Below, piece by piece: positions 11,535 to 22,028 of a stretch of DNA of 64,000 nt. Origin of the DNA: Macrostomum lignano (lineage: Eukaryota); assembly GCA_002269645.1 (NCBI GenBank), contig NIVC01001256.1, positions 1 to 64,000 on the forward strand. Direction: 5' to 3'. A program made the position numbers and the translations under genes. The notes beneath the pieces were generated by a model that was given only the letters and a program-made list of their open reading frames with translations, was not told where the DNA came from and made no database searches. Within the stretch, counting starts at the first letter, position 1. Every line of letters starts with the position of its first letter.

Positions 11535-11714
11535 GCACGCGTCATCAAATTTGAGAACAAGCGGACGCGATTAAGCAACTGTCCCAGCCCCCTGGCCTAA
11601 CCGGTCCCAGGACCGGTCTGCAGGTACAGCCGCTTCGATTGCTGCTTTTTCTGCTCTGAGAATTCTTTGCTACCCACACATGAATAAATGGGGCAAGGAT
11701 TGATGACTGAAAGA

Positions 11715-12200
11715 GTGACCTGCGAGCTCTGAGGGTGAGGGAGTGACATTGAAGATCTGAGAGGGTGACGGAGTGACATGGGAGATCTGAGAGGGTGACG
11801 GAGTGACATGGGAGATCTGGGATGGTGACGGAGTGACATGGAAGATCTAGGATGGTGACGGAGTGACATTGAAGATCTAGGATGGTGGCGGAGTGACATT
11901 GAAGATCTGAGATGGTGACGGAGTGACATGGAAGATCTAGGATGGTGACGGAGTGACATTGAAGATCTGAGATGGTGAAGGAGTGACATGGGAGATCTGA
12001 GAGGGTAACGGAGTGACATGGGAGATCTGAGCGGGTGACAGAGTGACATGGAAGATCTGGGATGGTGACGGAGTGACATGGGAGATCTGGGATGGTGACG
12101 GAGTGACATGGAAGATCTGGGATGGTGACGGAGTGACATGGGAGATCTGGGATGGTGACGGAGTGACATGGAAGATCTGGGATGGTGCCGGAGTGACCCA
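11715..12200. repeat. 30-bp minisatellite (GGAGTGACATGGGAGATCTGGGATGGTGAC), ~16 copies, intergenic
   Basis: Period 30; gives the 10-aa periodic ORF (MSLRHHPRSS). Confidence 0.95.
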
Positions 12201-12639
12201 GTAGATCGAAGAGTGACAGAGTGTCCAGAAGGGGTCCGAGAGCAATCGTAAAAAGGTGTCAGTGACTTTAAAAGGCCAGCCATGAGGAATTGACGCTGTA
12301 AGCAGGTGTAAATAGAAACAAAGAATTGTATGCTACTTGAAGTAGCTATAGTAACTTCGGAATTTTAACTGCGAATCGACAGACCGGCTTTTAAAAAACT
12401 TTCTTTTCGATTCGCTGCAGTACAATAATAATTAAATGGATCGAGACAAAAACTAGCTAAACCAATAGTTACTTCAAAGCTTTATAGCTTAGATGCATAA
12501 CATCCTTAAATTGAATGTTTAAATTTAATTTAGCAGTAGACTACATACAAACGTAAATGCGCGAGTTAAACAAAAATACTGTAAGCTTTACAGGCTGACT
12601 ATAAATGACTCGCATTAGTGCGCGCGCACTGCGGGCTAC

Positions 12640-14202
12640 TCAGTCAGCAGACGCGAGATTCTCCGCCAGCTCCGTCATCAGTTTCCGAATGCCAGCGGCC
12701 GCGGCGGCGGCATCGGTGCCGCAGGCGGCCGCTTGCTCAGCCAGGCGCGGCCAGAGCTGCCGCAGCTCCGGCAAGTTCGGGTCGCAGCTCACTGACGCCG
12801 AGGCTGCGTCAGCGTCGCCGTCGGTGACTTCCACAACAAGAAGGTAGCCGCGGCACAGCACCTGGAAGCTGACCGTCTCGCGTTCCGTCTTTGACTGCGG
12901 CTGACTGGGCCGACTGTGGCGCGGATTCGCGATGCGGCAGTCGGCGGAGTCCCAGGCGGCTGCGGGTGGCGGATGGAGGCTGGTGCACTGGGGAGAGCGG
13001 ATGGAGGCTGGTGCACTGGGAGAGAGCGGATGGAGGCTGGTGCACTGGGAGAGAGCGGATGGAGGCTGGTGCACTGGGAGAGAGCGGATGGAGGCTGGTG
13101 CACTGGGAGAGAGCGGATGGAGGCTGGTGCACTGGGGAGAGAGCGGATGGAGGCTGGTGCACTGGGGAGAGAGCGGATGGAGGCTGGGCCAATGCACTAG
13201 GAGAGGGCGGATGAAGGTGAAAACTCAAGATTTGATTATCAAAAAATTGATTATGGTGCTGAAATCAAGAAACGCTACTTACAAGGTCCAGAAATTTCGG
13301 TGAGCACTTTAAAGAATGTGCCGAGTGAAGTTCCTTTGGCAATGGCAGTCTGTTGCAGCTCTGGAAGAGATATTCAACCAGCTTTTGCTTTTAGACAGGA
13401 AGTTTCAGAAGCAACCATTTCATATACTAAAATTATTGACTAAATTTTTGTTCCATCGACCTGCCTTCCTGCTGCCTCAGGCAGTTCCTGAACCTGCCTT
13501 CCCGCTGCCTCAGGCAGTTCCTGAACCTGCCTTCCCGCTGCCTCAGACAGTTCCTGAACCTGCCTTCCCGCTGCCTCAGTCTGTTCCTGAACCTGCCTTC
13601 CCGCTGCCTCAGTCTGTTCCTGAACCTGCCTTCCCGCTGCCTCAGGCAGTTCCTGAACCTGCCTTCCTGCTGCCTCAGGCAGTTCCTGAACCTGCCTTCC
13701 CGCTGCCTCAGTCTGTTCCTGAACCTGCCTTCCCGCTGCCTCAGGCAGTTCCTGAACCTGCCTTCCCGCTGCCTCAGACAGTTCCTGAACCTGCCTTCTC
13801 GCTGCCTCAGGCAGTTCCTGAACCTGCCTTCCCGCTGCCTCAGGCAGTTCCTGAACCTGCCTTCCCGCTGCCTCAGACAGTTCCTGAACCTGCCTTCTCG
13901 CTGCCTCAGGCAGTTCCTGAACCTGCCTTCCCGCTGCCTCAGACAGTTCCTGAAGCTGCATCTCCAGGGCCTCTCTTAAACGATGAATTGGAATATTAGT
14001 ATAACAGCGCGAGTCCCCACGCACCCGACCGAGCATCCTGCAGCAATTTCTCATCGTCAGAATTCATCAAACTGGTTGTCTTGTCAACAGAGCTGCAATT
14101 CTCAGCGGCTGCACGAAGCGACAGAAGCCGCAGGGTGCTGAGAACCAGATCCAGGTCCATTCCGACAGCTCCAACTGTTTCGATGCTTTTCGCAGTCAGA
14201 AG
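12640..14202 (-). CDS. Unrecognised protein, last three exons (14202-14025, 13360-13283, 12959-12640), ~191 aa; 5' exons not found
   Basis: Three segments with canonical splice sites join in phase (0>1>1>stop) into one open frame: LLTAKSIETVGAVGMDLDLVLSTLRLL...ARSELQQTAIAKGTSLGTFFKVLTEISGPSAWDSADCRI...TVSFQVLCRGYLLVVEV...KLMTELAENLASAD*. No family motif recognised. Confidence 0.65.
12967..13190. repeat. 29-bp minisatellite (GAGAGCGGATGGAGGCTGGTGCACTGGGA), ~8 copies, abutting the acceptor at 12960
   Basis: Read directly. Confidence 0.95.
13459..13953. repeat. 33-bp minisatellite (GAACCTGCCTTCCCGCTGCCTCAGGCAGTTCCT), ~15 copies, intronic
   Basis: Period 33; source of ORFs 13316..13999 and 13440..14054. 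Confidence 0.95.
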
Positions 14203-14282
14203 CTGCAAATATTGATTTTAGAAATTTTTAATATAGCACTTACTACTCGTATAAGTAGTCTGCGTAAGCTGTTGACAAGTTT

Positions 14283-15381
14283 CAGCAAATTGTGTCACTC
14301 CTACATGGCTCCCAGGAGAACAGAAATGAGTCAGCAAGTGCAAATTGTGTCACTCCTACATGGCTCCCAGGAGAACAGAAATGAGTCAGCAAGTGCTAAT
14401 TGTGTCACTCCTACATGGCTCCCAGGGGAACAGAAATGAGTCAGCAAGTGCTAATTGTGTCACTCCTACATGGCTCCCAGAGGAACAGAAATGAGTCAGC
14501 AAGTGCAAATTGTGTCACTCCTACATGGCTCCCAGAGGAACAGAAATGAGTCAGCAAGTGCAAATTGTGTCACTCCTACATGGCTCTCAGAGGACCAGAA
14601 ATGAGTCAGCAAGTGCAAATTGTGTCACTCCTACATGGCTCTCAGAGGACCAGAAATGAGTCAGCAAGTGCAAATTGTGTCACTCCTACATGGCTCTCAG
14701 AGGAACAGAAATGAGTCAGCAAGTGCAAATTGTGTCACTCCTACATGGCTCCCAGGAGAACAGAAATAAGTCAGCAAGTGCAAATTGTGTCACTCCTACA
14801 TGGCTCCCAGGAGAACAGAAATGAGTCAGCAAGTGCAAATTGTGTCACTCCTACATGGCTCCCAGAGGAACAGAAATGAGTCAGCAAGTGCAAATTGTGT
14901 CACTCCTACATGGCTCCCAGAGGAACAGAAATGAGTCAGCAAGTGCAAATTGTGTCACTCCTACATGGCTCCCAGAGGAACAGAAATGAGTCAGCAAGTG
15001 CAAATTGTGTCACTCCTACATGACTCCCAGAGGAACAGAAATGAGTCAGCAAGTGCAAATTGTGTCACTCCTACATGGCTCCCAGGAGAACAGAAATGAG
15101 TCAGCAAGTGCAAATTGTGTCACTCCTACATGGCTCCCAGGAGAACAGAAATGAGTCAGCAAGTGCAAATTGTGTCACTCCTACATGGCTCTCAGAAGAA
15201 CAGAAATGAGTCAGCAAGTGCAAATTGTGTCACTCCTACATGGCTCTCAGAGGACCAGAAATGAGTCAGCAAGTGCAAATTGTGTCACTCCTACATGACT
15301 CCCAGGAGAACAGAAATGAGTCAGCAAGTGCAAATTGTGTCACTCCTACATGGCTCCCAGAGGAACAGAAATGAGTCAGCA
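14283..15381. repeat. 55-bp minisatellite, ~20 copies
   Basis: Unit AATTGTGTCACTCCTACATGGCTCCCAGAGGAACAGAAATGAGTCAGCAAGTGCA; atgagtcagc at 14821 and 14876. Confidence 0.97.
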
Positions 15382-15921
15382 GGTAAAGCACACCTGGGCT
15401 GCTAAATGAAGCACTGGCGGTCAAGCACAAAAACTGTAGAATTTACAGGTAGAAAACAGAGCATCGGAAACGCAAGCTTATATTTTATTAAACAGACAAT
15501 ATGATGACAGCTAAATGCCTGGCAACACAGATCAAAGTAGGAGACGCTGTGAAATGACATTATAACAGCACGGTGGAATCACTCACTGCACTGAAACAGC
15601 ACAGCTTAACCCCCCCCCTCACGTCAACACTCAAGCAGCAACACAGATCGCACCTTGATAAATAAAATGCCATAAATAAAACGAATAAAACTAGGGACTT
15701 GTTTGGCAAACATAATAAAACAAATTGAACGGCATGAAAATAAGTAAAAAGGCTTGTACTAGCTTTTACTAGGTTTATAAACAGGATTATAAATGCGAGA
15801 TATCCCTTCAACTTGAATAACCTATATTTTTATTCTGTCATTGTTAACAACCACTATATAATTCGGACAGCACATTAACTATTTATCCAGTTGGTCTTGC
15901 CAACCTACCAGATACTCACTG

Positions 15922-16125
15922 GGCCTGGCCCTATACAGTGATAGCCTGACATCCCTTGGCCCTATTACAGTTATAGCCTGACATCCCCTGGCCCTATACA
16001 GTGATAGCCTGGCATCCCCTGGCCCTATACAGTGATAGCCTGACATCCCCTGGCCCTATACAGTGATAGCCTGACATCCCCTGGCCCTAAACAGTGATAG
16101 CCTGACATCCCCTGGTCCTATAAAG
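15922..16125. repeat. 31-bp minisatellite (GGCCCTATACAGTGATAGCCTGACATCCCCT), ~6 copies
   Basis: Read directly. Confidence 0.92.
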
Positions 16126-16258
16126 TGTGGCTTTCTGATACCCCATGGCCCTCAAAAACAATAAAAGCCTCAGGTCTGTGTTATTTTACAAAATCGAATA
16201 AAGCTGCCGATTGCAATGCAACCTCGGTTGCAGCTGGTCTGAGCCAATCAACGCCGAC

Positions 16259-17332
16259 TTATCGGCACCGGTCGCACAGGAAGTCGGTGGCCGCTAACTG
16301 ATTCTCATCGTAGCCGGACAGCGAAGTGCAGGCGGCGTGGTACCAGGCCAAGCAGCAGTCGCAGCCAACCCACAGCAGGTTGGGGCCCAGCGGCAGGCTG
16401 CACTCGCCACCCAGAGCGCACGGGCCCTCGTCCGGCTGGGCGTCCGCAGCTGCGGCGGCAGCAGCGATGGCGGCCGCTGCATCGTCGCCGGCGGTCTCGG
16501 CTGCCGCTGTCACCAGGGCCACGGTTGTCGGCTGCGGCTGCTTCTGTTGGCGAGGCAGGCGCGACTTCCTACCGCCGCCGCCGCGTCGATGTCGGCTTTT
16601 GCCGCTGCCCGGCGTTGCACCACCAGGTGTCCTCGGCGTCTTCGGTGCGGCTGGCGGCGTCGCCGGAGGCAGCGCCAGCGAGTTCACCGGCAGCGGCGTG
16701 AGCGGCGCCAGAATGGCAGATTCGGGAGCAGGCAGAGGCCGGCCTGGCGACTCCGCTGGAGCCTCATCGCTAACCAGACGAGGCCGCTTAGCAGTCGGGT
16801 TCGCATCGGCGCCAGCCTCCTGGTCGGGTGTCCCAGACAGCCTGCGCTTGGAGGTCCCGCCAACCGACTCCGCACTCAGCCCGGCTTCCTCTTTGGGCGT
16901 CGCCGCACGCTCAAAAATGAACTTCAACTCGGAGCGAAACGTGGGAACGGACTCCCCGTGCGGGATATTCACCCCGTTGCGATGCCCGAACACCAGCACG
17001 TCTCCGGGCGTCAGTTTCACCAGCTTCATCTTTTCCACGCGAACAAAATTAACGTAGGTACCGTTGACGCTCAGGTCTTCGATTTCTATGCCACCGTCGG
17101 CGCAGGGGTGGAGGCGGGCGTGCTGCCGGCTCGGCATCATGGACTGGGCGGTGGACTCCAGCACATAGTCTGGCTGCACGCTCTGGCTGCCGCGGCCCAG
17201 GAGGGTCGGCCGGTCAGCATAGATTGGCATCAGCTTAGGCGTGCGGCCATAGAAGGCCAGGTCGCTGACCCGGCGGAGCTGCCAGCGACAGGCTGGACTG
17301 CTGGGCTCGGCTGCCTGCGGGTGTGGAGACAT
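16259..17332 (-). CDS. TCF19: TCF19-like protein (N-terminal FHA domain, Pro/basic linker, C-terminal PHD finger), 357 aa, single coding exon
   Basis: FHA motifs (LLGRG..., SRQHARL, IEDLSVNGTYVN, LTPGDVLVFG). C-terminal PCALGGECSLP...WVGCDCCLAWYHAAC...DFLCDRCR matches the TCF19-type PHD (PCAAPCCCLP...WVQCDGCDVWFHVAC...DFRCPGCR). Intact ATG-to-stop ORF. Confidence 0.82.
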   Translation of the reverse strand: MSPHPQAAEPSSPACRWQLRRVSDLAFYGRTPKLMPIYADRPTLLGRGSQSVQPDYVLESTAQSMMPSRQHARLHPCADGGIEIEDLSVNGTYVNFVRVEKMKLVKLTPGDVLVFGHRNGVNIPHGESVPTFRSELKFIFERAATPKEEAGLSAESVGGTSKRRLSGTPDQEAGADANPTAKRPRLVSDEAPAESPGRPLPAPESAILAPLTPLPVNSLALPPATPPAAPKTPRTPGGATPGSGKSRHRRGGGGRKSRLPRQQKQPQPTTVALVTAAAETAGDDAAAAIAAAAAAADAQPDEGPCALGGECSLPLGPNLLWVGCDCCLAWYHAACTSLSGYDENQLAATDFLCDRCR

Positions 17333-17348
17333 GCAGCATCAATCTTCC

Positions 17349-18061
17349 TTGGATCTGGTTCTAGACAAATAAGGACTTATTTATTTAACATTTATCAGGA
17401 ATTGTAACACACTAATCACTACTGACTCACTACTGATAGCCTAAAAGCAGTCTTGACAGTGATATCTGTTTCATAAAATAGTAGTTTACTGGTAGATCTA
17501 CCAAAAGTCCAAAATGAAATTGTTGCAAGTTTTTTCTAACTACAGAAGCTTACTTTAACAAATAAAAACAGTTAAACTTAGAAAACAAGTAAAAATTTGG
17601 ATGCAGGAATATTTGTTTTCCTAGTTGTATTAAAATGCATTTTATATTTCAATATTAAAACAAAATTACTATATCAAGTTCTATATAGTTTTTATTTTTA
17701 TTAAAAATTTTATTTTTAAAATAACGATAATAAAATTAATGTATACTTTGAACTAGTAAGATAGCAAAATGCTAGACACTAGGTATGTCAGAGACTGGGT
17801 CACATATTTATATTTGCATGGAAGAAAGTTCCAAAAAACATGCATAAATAAAAATAAAGAACTTCTAGAAATATAAATAAACAATGCTTTGTCATATGGA
17901 AAAGTTTCTAGAAGTCTGTCTTAATATGACAGTTTTATTGACTATTTTAGGATATTATATTAAATGTTGTTAAAAAAAACTATAATTGGATCTGGTTCTA
18001 GATAAATAAGGACTTATTTATTTAACATTTATTAGGAATTGAAACACACTAATCACTACTG
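17349..18061. repeat. 76-bp direct repeat pair (17349-17424 and 17986-18061), 3 mismatches
   Basis: ttggatctggttctagaYaaataaggacttatttatttaacatttatYaggaattgWaacacactaatcactactg occurs twice, offset 637. Confidence 0.92.
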
Positions 18062-18649
18062 TAAACTACACTACACTAATCACTAATCACTACACTAATC
18101 ACTACTTTTTAAAGAAAAATCTAAAAAATAATCATTGATAGTAATAGTTGTATATTAAACAGCTAAAGCCCACCATGAATATCCAAACTTGGTAGTAAAG
18201 AGGTGAGTGTCCATCTAAGGGTGTTCTGACCCCATGCACTTGCCTCTTATTTAGGCCATCTAACTCTGCTATACATATTTGCATTATTTTGGCTCACTAG
18301 ACTTTAAAGATTTATCATCTCTCTGTATCTATCTATATGAAGATACAGGCAAAACATGTTGCACAAAGATTAATAAATTATAATTTGGTATTATTAAAGA
18401 AAAAATGTGAATGCTCATTTTTGCTTTTGTTTTCTTGGCTTTCCTCAAAATATTTAACTTTATCTCAACTCTATTTTCTTTTTAGTAATCACTTATTTCT
18501 TTTTTAGCATATATTATAAGACTATAGTAGGTTTATCTTTTCTATTAAATTATTTTTTATCTATTAATCTATAGTTTGGAAGGCAACATGTATGCTAGGA
18601 TTTCCTGGCATACAACAAGGGTCTTACTATTTTTTAGCATATATCAAGG

Positions 18650-18937
18650 CATACATGCGCAACAGTCGGCCGAGTCGGCCGATCCGGCCGACCGATTTGG
18701 CGGCCAACCATGGAAGTCGCAAAAATGCCCACGCGAAAAACACGAAGTAGTGGTACTAAGTAGCTGACAAGGCATTTTGGCTTTATAAGACAGTCATAGT
18801 TACTCCTGCCGTTTACCCAAAGTTGCGTTATTTGCGGTTTTTTACATGTAAGTCGCATTTTTGGCCAACAACTACGTCGCATTTTTGTTAAAACTAAGTC
18901 GCACGGCCGACCGAATTTTGGAGGTCGCGCATGTATG
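18650..18937. mobile_element. 288-bp hAT-type MITE with 11-bp perfect TIRs and an 8-bp target-site duplication
   Basis: TSD TATCAAGG at 18642-18649 and 18938-18945; TIRs CATACATGCGC ... GCGCATGTATG; subterminal GTCGGCCG/CGGCCGAC and repeated GTCGCA motifs; no coding capacity. Confidence 0.88.
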
Positions 18938-20319
18938 TATCAAGGTATATCTTGGCATATAAGACACAGCAGATACATTGTGTCAAATGATAACTTTTAT
19001 ATTGACATACAAACATGACATGAGATCATTCATTTATCACTTATATTGAACCTCATTGAACCTTAACCTTACATTAGACCTCATTGAGGTCACTCAATGA
19101 GGTCTCATCATTTTTTCTGGCAATAAACCTGGCATACGCTAATACACAATCCAAACTATAGCTATTAAGTATTAATGTATTATTTTTTAATTTTTATCAA
19201 TTTTTGCTTGAAGTAAGTCTACTTTGAACTTTGAAGTTTGATTTTTTATTGCAGATAGCATGCAGCTATTGATACAAAGATAAATATAATCTTTTAACCA
19301 AAGACAAAGTAAAAGAACAATATTTAACCCAAATTTCTATTTATCAGAATGTTTATAGGCCTATCTATATATTGAAATATCTCATTAGCCCTCATAGGGA
19401 ATGCCAATGGCAATCCCTTTGCTATGGCTAAAATTGCAGATTATAGGGCCTAATTAAAGGAGCACATAGTTCTAAGCCCATGTCTAGCCTCTAGGGCCTA
19501 TTGAAATTCATTAATTTTATATAGTAGGCCTATAGACAGGGCCTAGTCTAGTTTATTAGCAAGAGAATGCAGAATGTTTTTACTTCCTCCTATGCATTAT
19601 TAAGGAATTTGAGTCTAAAGGAAGGAAGCCATATTATTAATTTGTTCATTTAATTCTTTTAAATTAGGCCTACCGCCTGCCTAGTAGGCTTACACACACT
19701 ACTAACAACTACAAGCCTGTACACCCATACAGGGCCCTAAGCATAGCATATAGCATATATTTTTCTTTTTGAGACTTCCCTGTTCATTACATTGTATTAT
19801 GCTATGTAATTGTAACTGTAGGCCTACAGTTGTATCTAGTCTACTCTAGGCCCCTGCCGCCTAATTAAATCGAAAGTGCCTTTGAATGAATCATTATAAA
19901 ACTATTTACATTGCCTGTCTATTATTATTTTTTAATAAATAAATTATAATATACATCATAATGGACAAATGAGATCCCAGCACCCACACGCATGCGTGTC
20001 ATACAAGCCAGCCTGACCTTGCATCGCACGAAAACTTTTTAAACCATTAAATTTTTAGGGCTTAAATCTTTACGATTATCGGGTTCCAAATTTGATTTTT
20101 CCGGGAAATAAAGCAGTGAAACTAAATTTAACCTGCCGAACGAATGATTATTTATCAACACAACTTTGAAAAACTGATGAGTACAAGTCCAGAAGTTTAA
20201 ATGGTAAAGTATGAGTGTAAATACATGTATCCTACATTAAACGTGTAAAGATGCAAATTTTACATAATTTTACATGAAATTGTAAAAATGTATTTTTTTC
20301 AGAAATTATAAATTAATTA

Positions 20320-20660
20320 TCTTCTCTACATATAAAAATCAAAACTCTGTCTGTGTGTCTGTGTGTCTGTTTGTGTGTGTACAATTTTGATCGCTATGGA
20401 CTCCCAAACCGCTCAACCAAATTACACCAAACTTTACACCCGTGGACCCTAAACTTACTACGGAGAATGTCTTAGGCTACCTTTAAATTTCCTAGACTCA
20501 AGTCTTCCTACCTAAAAGTACAAAAAACTGCTCAAAATGCGCGATTTTTTTTCACTAAATCCTCCATAGCGCCGCTCCACTTCTACCGATTCTCTTCAAA
20601 TTTGACACAGACAATCTTCAACTATTTTGGCACAATCATGTAAAATTTCGAGTCTTAAAG
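20320..20660 (+). mobile_element. Probable non-autonomous Helitron-like (HINE/Lep1/DINE-1-like) element; 3' end unresolved
   Basis: Starts A|TC; TCTACATATAAAAATC..., a (TGTC/TGTG) microsatellite, then AAACCGCTCAACC..ATT..ACCAAACTTT and a second ACCGATTCTCTTCAAATTTG block. This layout resembles known invertebrate non-autonomous Helitrons (recalled pattern, not searched). No convincing hairpin-CTRR end. Confidence 0.5.
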
Positions 20661-21290
20661 TTAATCCTGAGCGGTGCTGTGCACTTTTAAAGTTAGGCTG
20701 TTTTTTTCAAAGTAGCAACCACCCCAACCTCCGCCCGCCTGCCTCTCCTGATCCCGATCTGGGCCCAGATGTGTAAAAGTGTTATAGTTCAATAAAGTAC
20801 ACTTGCTTGTTGTACTGAGCTTCGATGGCTTTTTTGATGATGGAATCAAGTGGTGAGCCTCTCACCTGCAGAATCAATCGTTAAATTGATTGATTGGTTA
20901 GTTAATTGATGCTCAATTTATTTACGTGCATATTTGCTCTATACATTCTTGTAATTAATACATATAGTAAGTAGTTATCTAGCATGCTGTATATTCCTCA
21001 AGACTTGCCGGAGTTCGGAATTTCTGTTTGAATCGACACTGAAAAATAATTGACTTGGAATCGACATTATGTTGATGCTTATTCCAGCTGTGGATGCTCG
21101 AGTTTAATTGGCATCTGTCGTCAAAGTCCACTAGTGGAGAAATTGAAGTCCTTTGTTATGTGCACCAGCAACTCTCTGCAATGTATGCTTGTGTACATGC
21201 ATCTACATGTAAATGAGAGGGCAAATATGGCTGCAAAATTGATTTCAGAAAAGCAACACAAACCATATGTAGTTTCAAAAATTTAGGTTG

Positions 21291-21446
21291 GGGTCGCTTC
21301 ACAAGCTCGAAATTTCACAAACTCGAAAGTGTAAAAGGGTTATAGTTCAATAAAGTACACATGCTTGTTGTACTGAGCTTCGATGGCTTTTTTTGATTTT
21401 TTTTTAATTTCGAGGTTGTGAAATTTCGAGCTTGTGAAAGCAACCC
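21291..21446. mobile_element. 156-bp MITE-like inverted-repeat element; its core also occurs alone at ~20771-20838
   Basis: ~38-bp inverted repeats gggtcgcttcacaagctcgaaatttcacaaactcgaaa / tttcgaggttgtgaaatttcgagcttgtgaaagcaaccc around a core (ttatagttcaataaagtacac...gcttcgatggctttt); no TSD evident. Confidence 0.7.
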
Positions 21447-22028
21447 TATTTGATTGTGTACACTAACACACTGATTTCCGTGCTAATAACCTCTTGGTAC
21501 GGCCTAATTAGTCCACGTAAGAGAAACCAAAATTTAATACAATGCAGCAGATAAGCTCGAACAGTGCAAAAAAGGGATTTCTCCGAACTCCGAAGCTCCG
21601 AACTAACTGTGTAACTGAAGCGATTTAAACTCATGGATTTGCATAACATGTAGATTTGGCAAGTTTAACCAGAAATTGTACACAAGTTTATCTTTAATAT
21701 TCAATAAAGCTGCTGACGTCCCTAAGAAAATATACCGTGACAGCTTGAAGCAACGCTAATGTTTTATTCATCATGCAGCAGATCTCGAGATTGAAGCGGA
21801 CCCTTCAAACTTGGATTATAGGCCAGATGGCCAGACTGCAGGGTTGGAACTGCGGAGCCCTGACAGATGTTTGATGCAGGCGCTCCCGGGCCACCCAATC
21901 AGGGATGGGCAATGCAAAACTCGCCGCGATATAATGAAGAGAAGCAAATGCAGCGGAGTTAGGAGCAGATTGCGAGCTGTCGCTGGATAAAAAACGCTTG
22001 AGCAGCTGCAGCCAATTTCGAGTCAACT

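Noticed and set aside
10897-11554. PolyQ and polyC ORFs (212/213 aa)
   Set aside because: They arise from the CAG tract in GC-rich upstream sequence; no homology, and they overlap the true OSBPL2 first exon in other frames.
16326-17407. Plus-strand ORFs of 243 and 356 aa over TCF19, and 55962..56660 and 56902..57312 over HR96
   Set aside because: Antisense shadows of GC-rich coding exons with no recognisable domains.
17400-21800. Autonomous transposon or retroelement in the AT-rich region
   Set aside because: No transposase, RT, integrase, RepHel or TnpB/Fanzor-like ORF in any frame; only short non-autonomous elements.
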